DNA of 64,000 nt from an uncultured Nitrospiraceae bacterium (GCA_963706325.1 CAVPLT010000003.1:1-64000); one strand, 5' to 3'. Counted from the first letter of the stretch, positions 31,188 to 41,623 are shown. The notes: generated from the letters alone by a model not told the origin. A program made the numbers and translations.

Positions 31188-31777
31188 CCACTCAGCAGTG
31201 GGCCCGTATTCCGCCACAGAGTGGCTGCTCATTCATAATCAAGCGTGGGCAGGTGTTGCGCGTTGTCGATCCCCTAGGCGAGCAGGTATCTGACCTGTTC
31301 GCCTTCGACGAGCACGATCACCATTGCAGGCTGTCGTCAGGTCGTTCGCTGGACTATGCGAGCCGGATCTACCTGACGACCAACGACATCCTCTACGCCA
31401 ATAATAGCAATCCGATGTTCACCATCGTCGAAGACACCGTCGGGCTGCATGACTTCCTCCTGACGCCCTGTAGTCAAGAGATGTTTCAGATTCTTTATAA
31501 TCATGAGGGTCATCATCCGAGCTGTTTTGAGAACCTACTTAATTCGTTAAAAAATTACGGTATCTCCGGACATCAGATCTCGACAACCTTCAACATCTTT
31601 ATGAACGTCAAGGTCGATCCGCAGGGAAAATTGACGGTCGGCGTGCCCATGTCAAAGTCGGGCGACCACATCGAGCTGCGGGCCGAGATGGATATGGTGT
31701 GTGGACTCACAGCCTGCTCCGCTGAAGGTTCGAACAACGGACGCTTCAAACCTATCGACTTCTCAATCCTTGGTTGA
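31184..31777 (+). CDS. DUF1989 / urea-carboxylase-associated family protein
   Basis: GEQVSD, HDFLLTPCS, HPSCFENL, FNIFMNV, LTACS; ATGA overlap with the upstream gene. Confidence 0.9.
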   Translation: MTTQQWARIPPQSGCSFIIKRGQVLRVVDPLGEQVSDLFAFDEHDHHCRLSSGRSLDYASRIYLTTNDILYANNSNPMFTIVEDTVGLHDFLLTPCSQEMFQILYNHEGHHPSCFENLLNSLKNYGISGHQISTTFNIFMNVKVDPQGKLTVGVPMSKSGDHIELRAEMDMVCGLTACSAEGSNNGRFKPIDFSILG

Positions 31778-32029
31778 CGCCTCGCAGGCCGCCAAATTTC
31801 GCCGCTTCTAGGGGCCGGACCAATAAGTCGATGTGGCACCCACAATGTCCGAAATAAACGACAATTCTTGCTCGATAGCAATGCAAATCGCGGCGGACGA
31901 AACTAAGTAAGGGCACGGTTATTTTGCCATAGAAATTCGCGACATGATGGATGCAGTAAAGGCGAGATTAGGCCAAGAAGATTCTCAAGGTTAAAGAAGG
32001 GGAAGTGGCGGCTGGGTGTTATCGAGGGG

Positions 32030-32580
32030 CTACAGCGGCATGCGGTTGGGTGAAGTGTGCTCGCTTCAATGGCGGCAGATTAACTGGATCGAAGGCAATG
32101 TGTTCCTCCAAGCTGAAGACACCAAGACCAAGACACCACGGGTGCTCTATCTGACCGGAGACCTGTATAGGGTCCTGATGGCTTGGAAAACCCGTTGCGA
32201 GATTAAGTGGCCGGCCTGTTCGTGGATCTGCCATCGAGGTGGCATTCGCCTCCAGGGCCTGAAACGCTCCCAGCGTAAAGCCTGTGGAGCGGTCGGGCTT
32301 GAGAGAATGGTGATGGATGAGAAGAAAAAGCGGCTCGTCTGGGATGGAAGAATTCCACATGACTTCGGGCGCACAGCGGTGCGGAACATGGTCCGGGCTG
32401 GAGTACCGGAAAAGGTGGCTATGACCATTTCTGGCTATAAAACCAGGAGTGTCTTTGCCCGGTACAATATCGTGAATGAACGGGACCTCGAACAGGCTGC
32501 GCGGTCCCTCTCGGCTTACTTCGAGCAGCAAACGATTACACTCGCGGTTACACTGGCAGAATTGAAGGGTGAGAGCAGTG
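32030..32580 (+). pseudogene. Tyrosine integrase C-terminal half (int3), catalytic residues mutated
   Basis: Begins at YSGMRLGEV; HDFG instead of HDFR and SGYKT instead of SGHKT; close paralogue of int4. Confidence 0.88.
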
Positions 32581-32622
32581 GTGTCGCAAACCGCCAACAG
32601 GTTGAATCATCAATTAGATTTC

Positions 32623-32667
32623 TGGAGCCGGCGAGTGGAATCGAACCACCGACCTGCGGTCTACGAA
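32623..32667 (-). mobile_element. att site 3: 3' half of tRNA-Thr(CGT)
   Basis: 44 of 45 nt identical to att1 (loop reads TTCGTAG). Confidence 0.88.
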
Positions 32668-32998
32668 AACCATTTCCACAAGAGCCCATCATCCCCAAAC
32701 TCCCTACTCCACCAAAGGGAAACGAAGCGCAGCGCGATGGCTAGCAGCTTAACTACGTTGCAGTGGGTTGCGTGGAGAGTGACGGTTCCGCGCTCAGGAA
32801 GGACACACTCACGGGCACACCGCCACGAGCAGGGAGTGCCTGGCGTTCACTTTATCCATACACCTAACTGTGCAGTTCCCTTCCCACCCCCGCCCTCCAC
32901 TTGGTCACACCCTGCCACCGTCATTTGGTCGGGTCCCATACCCGTCATGTGCGGTGAAAACAAAAGGGCAGCTTTAGGAGGAGGCAGGTATTGAGCCG

Positions 32999-33187
32999 CT
33001 AGCCACGGTGATACTTAGCCCGGGGCAGAGGGATCGGCTTGGGACGTTTACCAGACAGCTCCGACCTTAGGACGAACGCCAGTATGATTCCCCCAACGAC
33101 CAGTCCGGCGGACCCGCCGTAGAGCATCGCGGACTCAAAACTCAGCGGGAAAAGTGACGGAAGTCCGTTAAGCCATAAGTCAGCCAT
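32999..33187 (-). CDS. Small single-TM hypothetical protein
   Basis: Hydrophobic GGSAGLVVGGIILAFVL followed by a basic tail. Confidence 0.5.
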   Translation of the reverse strand: MADLWLNGLPSLFPLSFESAMLYGGSAGLVVGGIILAFVLRSELSGKRPKPIPLPRAKYHRG

Positions 33188-33494
33188 GCCCTAAACACAC
33201 CACAGGGTGGGAATGAAGTCAAGGCTGCAAAGCCGGACCCACGACACAGCTCTGGCTAACGGCTGCCACCCGCCCGCTGGGCTCGGCTACGTCCCGCGAG
33301 ATTTCGTGTGGAGCACCTCCTTCCCATCAGCCGTACGTGGGTATAAGCCAAGCCAGGAGTATTCCTAGTTACGCGGCGATGGCAGAAGCACTAGGATCAC
33401 GGTCAATTGAGCACGACTCGGCCTTTAATTCGGTTAATGGAGGCAGCAGATGTGGCACATGCAGGAGGTCTTACAAAGGAGCAGCGGTGTGCGA

Positions 33495-33780
33495 ATGGCG
33501 TTCCATGGAACCCTGCTCATGGCGGTATGGAGCGTCATGCCCGTCATGCTGTCGGCTGCGTATGCGCAGCCCAAGGAGCCAGTGCCGGCATCAGGAGTTC
33601 CGCCAGGAGGGATAGATGCTGACTGTCGCGTTGCCCTTGGGAAACTTCCCTGCCAGGGCATTAAGCAGGGCAGCGGTCGCATCCGGACGTGTTATGAAGA
33701 CAACAAAGGCCAACTCACACCGTCATGTCGCCAGCAGGTGGAAGAACATATGTCTGAAGCCAGTGCCATTATGCTTATGC
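33495..33780 (+). pseudogene. Exported cysteine-rich-repeat protein, N-terminal remnant
   Basis: Signal peptide then DADCRVALGKLPCQGIKQGSGRIRTCYEDNKGQLTPSCRQ; only one repeat, then low-complexity sequence. Confidence 0.45.
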
Positions 33781-33844
33781 CGGCGGCGGCAGGGGGGCGG
33801 CGGCGGCAGGGGCGGCAGCCGAGCCGATCATTGAACACAAACGT

Positions 33845-34486
33845 GTGCGCCCCAGCGAAACCTACGTCGCCGGGTTTGGGGGGTACACGTTTGGCGGAAA
33901 GTTGAATAATGTGGAGGGCCCCGGCTTGCTGCCCGGTGGGAATGTCGGTGATCGTGATCTTGCGGATTCGGCGGTCTACGGCGGAAAGCTCGGCCATTTC
34001 TTTGGCGACCGCATGGATTGGCTCGGCGTGGAGATGGAAGCGTTCAACACCACGCCCCACGTGGAGCAGCAAGGACTGACGCCCGGAGCCCATTTGCGGG
34101 TTACGACCTTGGCTTTCAATCTCATCGGGCGGCTGAAATTCGGCTGTGAGACAAAACCGCTGCGCACGGAGGCACGGACGGAGGGAGAGAAACGCTATGA
34201 AACCCACTATGAGCGGGAGTTCTGCCGGGTGCAACCCTATGGCGGGGTGGGGCTGGGCGTCTTTTTTGCCAACCTCTCGAACAATGGCACCAGCGCGTCC
34301 GATAATGCCGTGCCGGGCCTCAATGCCTTGGCTGGCCTACGCTATTACTTCAACGAACGGGTGGCGCTGTTCGGGGAATACAAATACAACCGGGCGGCGC
34401 TCGATTTGACGAATGGTCCCATCGGGGGACTCAAAGGCGATTACGAGGCGAATCATCTGGTCGGAGGGCTGTCGTTCCACTTCTAG
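33845..34486 (+). CDS. Eight-stranded outer-membrane beta-barrel protein; signal peptide apparently lost
   Basis: ETYVAGFGG, VYGGKLGHFF, QPYGGVGLG, LFGEYKYN, terminal FHF. Confidence 0.75.
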   Translation: MRPSETYVAGFGGYTFGGKLNNVEGPGLLPGGNVGDRDLADSAVYGGKLGHFFGDRMDWLGVEMEAFNTTPHVEQQGLTPGAHLRVTTLAFNLIGRLKFGCETKPLRTEARTEGEKRYETHYEREFCRVQPYGGVGLGVFFANLSNNGTSASDNAVPGLNALAGLRYYFNERVALFGEYKYNRAALDLTNGPIGGLKGDYEANHLVGGLSFHF

Positions 34487-35005
34487 GCTGTGCCTCGCGC
34501 CGGCGAGGGACACCAGTCCGGCCTGTCGCGCAGGGGCCCGGAGCCAGATCTTTTGCCCACAGGGGGGCCAGAGCCATGCTAAAACGGGGGTGCCCGGGCG
34601 GTGCGGGAGGGCGCAGTCGAATGACCCGCGATTGGTTTATTTTCTGCCGTTCGAATGATGGACACGAAAGAGAAAAGTCTGTTCAGAATCTCGCTGATTG
34701 TGTATCAGCACGAAGCGGAAACGCGTGGAAAACGCAGTGATCTTTAGGGCGGGTGCCAAGGTGGTGCCATTAAGGGCGAACACATAGCCCATGGGCTCAC
34801 GACTGGGCACTCGCGCCACTACACCGGTTAGGGCCAGGTTTTCCCTTCACATCTAAGTCGCCGCCTCGTACCAATTCCATTCGTTTTGTCCCTATCCTTC
34901 ACACTAGGCTAGCACCAGCTCCCTACCCCCACGTGGCGCATCCCCCTACCGTCAATCGGTAGGTACCCTATCGGGAAATGTGCGGTCGCACCTCGTAGGC
35001 ACGGT

Positions 35006-35326
35006 TCATGGGACCTCTTCCCTGGCCCCATACCCTGCTCTCCCAAGTGGTTCGGTCGATGACGGTTTCCGCTGGTCGCGCAATTTCAGAATATTGAGGA
35101 AATGACCGTACTGATGGCTCAGGAACGTGGCCTTTCGCAGCGAACATCCATGCGTGACGAAGTAATCACGGATGGTCCATGCCGGCGGCATCATTTCCTG
35201 CTCGTGCACAAATAAACAAATTTCATAGAGGCCTTTCCAATTGTCCTGCTCCAATGGGTCGTCCTCTGGGCACAAGCGGACGAACTCCTGAAGCAGTATC
35301 TCGAGATGCGGGTCAACCTGTTCCAT
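35006..35326 (-). CDS. Hypothetical protein
   Basis: GGAGG RBS before MEQVDPHLEILLQEF. Confidence 0.6.
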   Translation of the reverse strand: MEQVDPHLEILLQEFVRLCPEDDPLEQDNWKGLYEICLFVHEQEMMPPAWTIRDYFVTHGCSLRKATFLSHQYGHFLNILKLRDQRKPSSTEPLGRAGYGAREEVP

Positions 35327-36389
35327 GTGCCCTCCCTCCGTACGAGTGATGCACCGGACTATAGGACACCCTCTCCTCAGGGCAACATCCCGCAAAGATA
35401 TAGTTGGGCTAGCTCCTTCGAGAGTCGAAGGGGCCGGTCTCACGCCGCACGTTCTTTAGAGCATCTCGACTGATGAGTTCCAGCGGAAAGACAAACGGTG
35501 GAAGTTATGGTCTCGAACTTATTAATTGCCTCCATGCCGTCGACCGCTTCCACGACGACTTTCAAACGCGGGATGCACGTCGAGGCCGTCCGGCAGGACC
35601 GTTGTCCGGCATCCCAGAGAGTTCGCCTCACGAGTATGGAGATAGGGAGAGGAGCGCTGAACCCCTCATCGTCTTCCTAAATGGGTTTTTAGGCTGGGAA
35701 TGCACGAGGCCACGAAAAAAATGAGGTCTACATTGGTGGGTTTGAGACATATGCGGTGCACTTCAACCGCTTTATCCCATCCACTTTAGCGTGGCTGCTC
35801 GGCGACTATCATCGCCGTAAGTCAGCCCGCAAGTCCATCTAATGAGCGACCTGAGACGGGAATCTTCGTTGATGCTGGGTGCCCAGGAGTCAGGGAGTCA
35901 GGCGAGCCACCAGACCCACGTGAAGGTAAGAATAGAAACAGGGTGGTCATGGGACCAGCAACCAGGGCGAGGTCATGGATCCTTTCCCACAGGAGGATGC
36001 CGGTCACACGATGCACTTGGGTTTCTCACTTCCCGGGGGTTCACCCCCTATGCGCAGCTACGGGACCGTTCCTCCGCGGTCCAGGCTAACTGTTGCACAG
36101 TGGGTTTGGGAAGCCAACGACTTGGCGTGCGAACGATGAGACCTAATCTTCCGGCGCGAGACGAAGCAATCTCATGACGGCCTTCCCGTAAAGACATTCC
36201 AAACCGACTTGCTCGCAATGGACCTGTTTCGGTTTTCATCACGTACCTCCCAACATCGGAGTGAATTGGCGTCAGAGGAAAGCCTACCGCGTTCCCTGTC
36301 GTCCGGCACTGGGAAACCCCCTAGTCCATCGAACCTTCACGTCCTCAGTTAATAGAACCGAGGGAGTCTTCCTGGGAGCGACTGATCGG

Positions 36390-37232
36390 CCACACGGTCA
36401 AGCCGCGCACGTTGGCGCGCTATGCTGAGATACTCAGGCTCCACCTCTTACCCCGCTTCGGGAAGGTCCCCGTGCGCGACATGGACCGCGGGCGCATCAA
36501 ACTGTTCCTCACCGATAAGCTGGCCACAGGGCTTCGCGCGAGAACGGTGCTCCATATTCAGGCGGTGCTGCGCACCATGCTCAATGCGGCCATGGAGGAT
36601 GGCGTGATCGCATCGAACCCGGCCGCCAAACTGGGGCGCACCCTGAAGCTCAATCTTTCGCGGGCTACCACCCAGGAGGAGATTAAAGCGATGACCCAGT
36701 CGCAGCGCCATCTTTTTCTCGCCACGGCGTTACGGGTCGCACCGCGCTACTATCCCCTGTTTTTCGGCCTGGCTGGAACGGGGATGAGACTCGGCGAGGG
36801 ATTGGCGCTCCAGCCTGAAGACGCCGACTACTCAGGGAGGACGATCCGCATTGTTCGGGCCTTTTCAGAAGATGGCGCACTTGAGACCCCGAAATCAGGA
36901 CACGGGCGCACAGTCGATCTCTCGGAGGCCCTTGTTGACGTCCTACGCGCTCATGACCGGACACGAAAGCAGGACGCGCTCAAATATGGATGGGTGGCGC
37001 TCCCGCCGTGGACGTTTGTGACGAAAGCAGGCACCCCGGTCAACCCTGCCAATGTCCGCCGAGCGATGCTTAGAGTGTTGAAAGCCGCGGGGCTGCCGCA
37101 ACACTTCACCCCACACTGTTTGCGTCATACCTACGCATCCCTCTTATTGGCGGACGGAGTCAGTCCCGTCTACGTGCAGGAGCAGCTTGGGCATGCGACA
37201 ATTGAATTGACCATGTCAACGTATGGACGATG
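36390..37232 (+). pseudogene. Tyrosine integrase of a different subfamily, truncated at both ends
   Basis: TGMRLGE, TPKS, PHCLRHTYAS, QLGH, TYGRW, then an abrupt switch to unrelated sequence; arm-binding N-terminus absent. Confidence 0.88.
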
Positions 37233-38059
37233 GTCGTTACTGAGCTTCTTAGTAATCGAGGATTTACGCTTGAATGGTATACGGCAGAAACAGGTGGTAT
37301 TCACTCAACATCTGGGTATAGGACACACTTTGGACTTAATTCTTCTGACCAAATTACTGTCTATGCTTTTGATGTCGCCCGCCTTGCCTCATGGGAACAA
37401 CATATTTGGGCCGCACATAACGTTGCCCCGGAAGGGAAAGTGTCTAATGAGTTGTTAGCTGCGCAGTCAGATCTCGGCCGGCATCCACACATGCCGTTGA
37501 GGGCTTGCTATTCCAGAGTATGCGAATGCTAGAAGCGGGGTTTCAGAAAGAACACCAAATCTCGCTGTTCACTCATGACATAGACGATGGTGAAGCTATG
37601 CAGCAGATTTCTCGTTTCGCGAGCAAGGATCATGCGTCATTGCTAAGACTGGCGAAAGAGCTTGTCCGCGTTTTCTCGGATCGGCTCAATATTCGCGACC
37701 TTCGTAAACTTTCAACCCACGCAGAGGAAGATAAGCTTGGTTCAAATAAACTTCTGCAAGATATATTGTCACAGAAAGTTGGAGTCGATAAGGCTCACCA
37801 AGTCTTTGCCCAAATTGCTGGCGCCTATGACATGCGCGTCGGTGATGCACATCCGACCGGATCAAAAATTACAGAAGCCATCAAGCTTGCTGGTATAGAC
37901 CAGCGCAATTCGTTCCTAAGACAAGGTGAGCAACTAATTCACAACTTCGGGCGATCCATTTGGTCTATAGGTAAATTTCTCTCTGGACAATCTAGAGATT
38001 GGATTCCTCAAGCGGATGTTCCGATTAGGTTTCCAACAAACTCCGCAACTCGTCGCTAG
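37230..38059 (+). pseudogene. C-terminal half of an AT-richer island protein with a HEPN-like motif, frameshifted
   Basis: ORFs 37230..37532 and 37505..38059 read as one protein; YDMRVGDAHP (R-x4-H) in a helical domain. Confidence 0.55.
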
Positions 38060-38720
38060 GATTCCCCATATTCCCCAGTTCAAGGAGCACAATATCCGTT
38101 CTGGCTTCTTTGAGCATGAGGATTTCCTGGCGCTCCGTGGTGCCCTGCCCGACTATGCCCAAGTGGCCGCCACGCAGGCCTACTACAGCGGCATGAGAAT
38201 GGGCGAAGTCTGTTCGCTCCAATGGCGACAGATTAACTGGACGGAAGGCAAATTGTTCCTCCAAGCTGAAGACACCAAGACCAAGACGCCACGGGTCCTC
38301 TACCTTACTGGAGACCTGTATAGAGTCCTGCTTGCCTGGAAAACTCGCTGCGAGAACAAATGGCCGGCCTGTTCATGGATCTGCCATCGAGGCGATTCGC
38401 CTACAGTGCCTAAAACGCTCCTGGCGTAAAGCCTGCGAAGCGGTCGGACTGGGGCGTATGGTGATGGATGAGAAGAAAAAGCGGCTCGTCTGGGATGGAC
38501 GAATCCCTCATGACTTTCGGCGCACGGCTGTCCGGAATATGGTCAGGGCTGGGGTACCAGAAAAAGTGGCCATGGCCATTTCCGGCCACAAAACCAGGAG
38601 CGTGTTTGACCGGTACAACATCGTGAACGAACGGGACCTCGAACAGGCCGCACGATCCCTCTCGGCCTACTTCGACAACCAGACGGTTACACTGGCAGAA
38701 TTGAGGGGTGAGAGCAACGG
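38058..38720 (+). pseudogene. Tyrosine integrase catalytic domain (int4), frameshifted near 38390
   Basis: [17 protein letters not shown], frameshift, [22 protein letters not shown]. Confidence 0.9.
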
Positions 38721-38761
38721 TGTGGCAAACCGCCAACAGGTTGATTCGTCGGGGATATTTC

Positions 38762-38806
38762 TGGAGCCGGCGAGTGGAATCGAACCACCGACCTGCGGTT
38801 TACGAA
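38762..38806 (-). mobile_element. att site 4: 3' half of tRNA-Thr(CGT)
   Basis: Identical 45-mer to att1. Confidence 0.9.
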
Positions 38807-38923
38807 AACGATTCCGTCGGGAACTGCATACAACAGCAGGACACGCTATGCCACTGCAAACCTACGACTATCAAGAACTTCTGTGCACAGCGTAATCTAG
38901 CGTTTTACAGCGTTGCGTCCCCT

Positions 38924-38944
38924 AACCGTGACTGAAACCGTGAC
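38924..38944 (+). repeat. Putative integrase arm-type direct repeat
   Basis: AACCGTGAC-TGA-AACCGTGAC; 20 of 21 nt match 20441..20461. Confidence 0.55.
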
Positions 38945-38961
38945 TGTACTGCGGGTCTTTG

Positions 38962-39030
38962 ATCGCCGCGGGGGACGCTGAAGAGGCGCCTCGTCCCCTT
39001 TACCTCGTCCCTGAGTCTAGTAGATCCGAG
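38962..39030. repeat. ~70-bp diverged repeat, copy 2
   Basis: Matches 29950..30019. Confidence 0.8.
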
Positions 39031-39327
39031 CTTCCTCTTAGCACTTGAGAAGCAGCGCTCAGCCTATATGTCTGACCCCGCCTGGAATGTCGACCCGCAC
39101 CCGCCCGCCGAGATCCGTTCACGGTCCCACCGCTCGGGTTGCCAAGGCAATCAGTGGACGAACGGATAAACGTACTTCTGGCCACCATCGTCGAAATCTT
39201 CCTGGTCCCCTTTTTGCTTCTTGCGCTCCCATCTAACCTGCCTTGCGTCTCACAAACTCGGCGCTTATCATTTGGCATTGCCTTCTAACCGACCATTTTC
39301 CAAAAGGTCGACGCGTCGATTTGTGAC

Positions 39328-41022
39328 ATGGTCTCACCAGCTCTACAGCTGTGTGCGCAGAGGAGAGTCATCCAGCTCCCAGTTATCCTGTGCGGTCTCG
39401 TCTTGCTCTATATCCTCGCCGGGAAGTTTGGCCTTCAACTTGCTGTGTTTCACCCAAGTGCGACTCCGGTATGGCCTCCAGCTGGAATCAGCTTGGCGGC
39501 CTTTCTTCTATTAGGATATTGGGTGTGGCCCGCAATCTTTCTCGGGGCCTTTGCTGTCAATGTCACTACAGCTGGTTCGATTGCCACCTCTCTCGGTATT
39601 GCGACCGGTAATACGTTGGAAGGGCTCCTGGGCGCATTTCTTGTCAACCATTTTGCCCACGGCCGAGAAGTTTTTGCCCAACAACGCGATGCGCTGACGT
39701 TTGTGCTTCTGGCTCCTATGCTTAGTACGACCGTGAGCGCAACTTCCGGCGTCACGAGTCTCTCAGTGGGGGGGTATGCTGACTGGGAGCGGTACAGTGC
39801 GATTTGGATCACCTGGTGGCTGGGTGATGCCGTAGGGATTCTGATCGTCACGCCTGTTATTCTTCTCTGGGCAACGGACCATGCGATCAGCTGGAATCGC
39901 TACCAACTGCTGGAACTAGGTGTGTCGTTCACCCTCCTTTGCCTAGTGGCACTGTTTGTCTTTCAGAGCGGCCAGGCGATGATTGGTCCCAACTATCCAC
40001 TCGGCTTCGTCATTCTCTCTATTCTGATTTGGGTCGCAGTCAGGCTCGGGCCACGGGAAACTTCAACGGCCGTCCTGCTGTGTGTAGGAATTGCAATCTG
40101 GGGAACGTTGCGGGGGGCCGGCCCTTTCGCTCGGGGCGGCCAAAATGAAACCTTGCTGCTGTTACAGGCCTTCATGGCTGTGATAGCCGTCACCGCATTA
40201 GCGTTAGCCGTCGGGGTCTCCGAACGAAGGCGCGTCGAGCAGGAACTGGAGCAGTTGAATCAGACGTTAGAACGACGGATTCAGGATCGAACGAGCACTC
40301 TTCAAGCGACCGTCGAACAACTTCAAGAGTTCGACCGGCTGAAAAATGCCTTCGTCAGCATCGTCTCGCATGAACTGAGGACACCGCTGACCGCGATTAA
40401 GGGGTTCGTGGAGAATTTGCTGCAGGGATTGATTGGTCCTCTGAATGAGAAACAGAATTACTACCTTACCCGGATCCAACTCAATGCAGACCGTCTGACA
40501 CGAATGCTGAATGAACTGCTGGACTTGTCAAAAATTGAGGCAGGGAGCATGGAGCTGTGTCCTACTTTGTTGTCCATCCAAGAGATACTCACTGATCTTC
40601 TAGAAGGGTTTCAGCCTCTCGCCCAGCGGAAATCGATCATGATGGAAGTGTTTGCTATGGAGAGTATGCCAAGGGTTCACGCTGATCGGGACAAATTGTA
40701 TGAAGTGCTCGCGAATTTGTTGGAAAATGCGATCAAGTTCACGCCATCTGGTGGGCGCGTCCAGATCGACGCAGAGGTCCTCGATGATCGATACGTCAAA
40801 ATCGGTGTTTCGGATACCGGTTGTGGGATCTCGGAAGAACATTTGCCGAAAGTCTTCGACAAGTTCTATCGAGTGCAACCGGGTTCTGGACATGCTGCGG
40901 GTGCTGGCTTAGGGCTGGCAATTGCGAAAGGGCTAATTGAGTTGCATGGGGGAACCATGGCCGTGGAAAGTTCATCGGGAAAAGGGAGTCATTTCTACTT
41001 CACCCTCCCTTACGCCACCTAG
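39328..41022 (+). CDS. MASE1-domain sensor histidine kinase
   Basis: PVWPPAG, WWLGDAVG, many TM helices, SHELRTPL, NLLENAIKF, GAGLGL. Confidence 0.93.
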   Translation: MVSPALQLCAQRRVIQLPVILCGLVLLYILAGKFGLQLAVFHPSATPVWPPAGISLAAFLLLGYWVWPAIFLGAFAVNVTTAGSIATSLGIATGNTLEGLLGAFLVNHFAHGREVFAQQRDALTFVLLAPMLSTTVSATSGVTSLSVGGYADWERYSAIWITWWLGDAVGILIVTPVILLWATDHAISWNRYQLLELGVSFTLLCLVALFVFQSGQAMIGPNYPLGFVILSILIWVAVRLGPRETSTAVLLCVGIAIWGTLRGAGPFARGGQNETLLLLQAFMAVIAVTALALAVGVSERRRVEQELEQLNQTLERRIQDRTSTLQATVEQLQEFDRLKNAFVSIVSHELRTPLTAIKGFVENLLQGLIGPLNEKQNYYLTRIQLNADRLTRMLNELLDLSKIEAGSMELCPTLLSIQEILTDLLEGFQPLAQRKSIMMEVFAMESMPRVHADRDKLYEVLANLLENAIKFTPSGGRVQIDAEVLDDRYVKIGVSDTGCGISEEHLPKVFDKFYRVQPGSGHAAGAGLGLAIAKGLIELHGGTMAVESSSGKGSHFYFTLPYAT

Positions 41023-41407
41023 CTACCGAGTTGCGGAAGTGAGGGCACCCGCGACTTCACGCATCAGAAAAACACGAAGGCCCCCGAAGGCGCTATCACC
41101 GGGGCCAGGTCGGTAACAGATGTTCCTGGGGATCCGCTTTATTGTTCCATAGCGTTGCTGCAAAATACTGAGTCAGCCGATTGCCGCGCGACCGCTGAAA
41201 TGCTCGTCGGCGGTTCATCGGATTCACGTTCAGGTACCATCGTACGGATTGTTCCGATCTACTCATCCGAGGAGTGGAATACAATCTTCGATCGGGGCCC
41301 TCATCGAAGAACAGATTATTCCGGTGCATTGACTCCTTTCCGATGAGACAACTGCTCGTGAGTGATGCCGGCATCTCACCACTGTCACTCTTCTAAGACG
41401 TTAGCCG

Positions 41408-41623
41408 CTAGAGATAGAACCAAATGAGGAAGCCCGCGGCCAGCGCCGCGCTGACACCCCATAACAGCGCCAACCCACGTTTCGTCCGTCGCTCCATCTC
41501 GCGCTGTGCCGCTCGGCGAAAACCGGACACCGGATTCTGGCCGGCGATCCAGTCACGCAGTTGTCGGTCTGCAAGCGCCCTAAGACTGTCCTGGTCCCGA
41601 CGGTGAATGTGCATACGACACAT
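41408..41623 (-). CDS. Small hypothetical protein with C-terminal TM helix
   Basis: Basic helix followed by GLALLWGVSAALAAGFLIWFYL. Confidence 0.5.
   Translation of the reverse strand: MCRMHIHRRDQDSLRALADRQLRDWIAGQNPVSGFRRAAQREMERRTKRGLALLWGVSAALAAGFLIWFYL

Noticed and set aside
37233..37458. C-terminal 75 aa of the 348-aa integrase ORF
   Set aside because: Out-of-frame read-through into an unrelated gene fragment after a deletion junction
20509..38806. Four 45-nt repeats read as functional tRNA genes or a CRISPR array
   Set aside because: Each lacks the 5' acceptor strand and D-arm; spacing is kilobases rather than 30-40 nt; no cas genes
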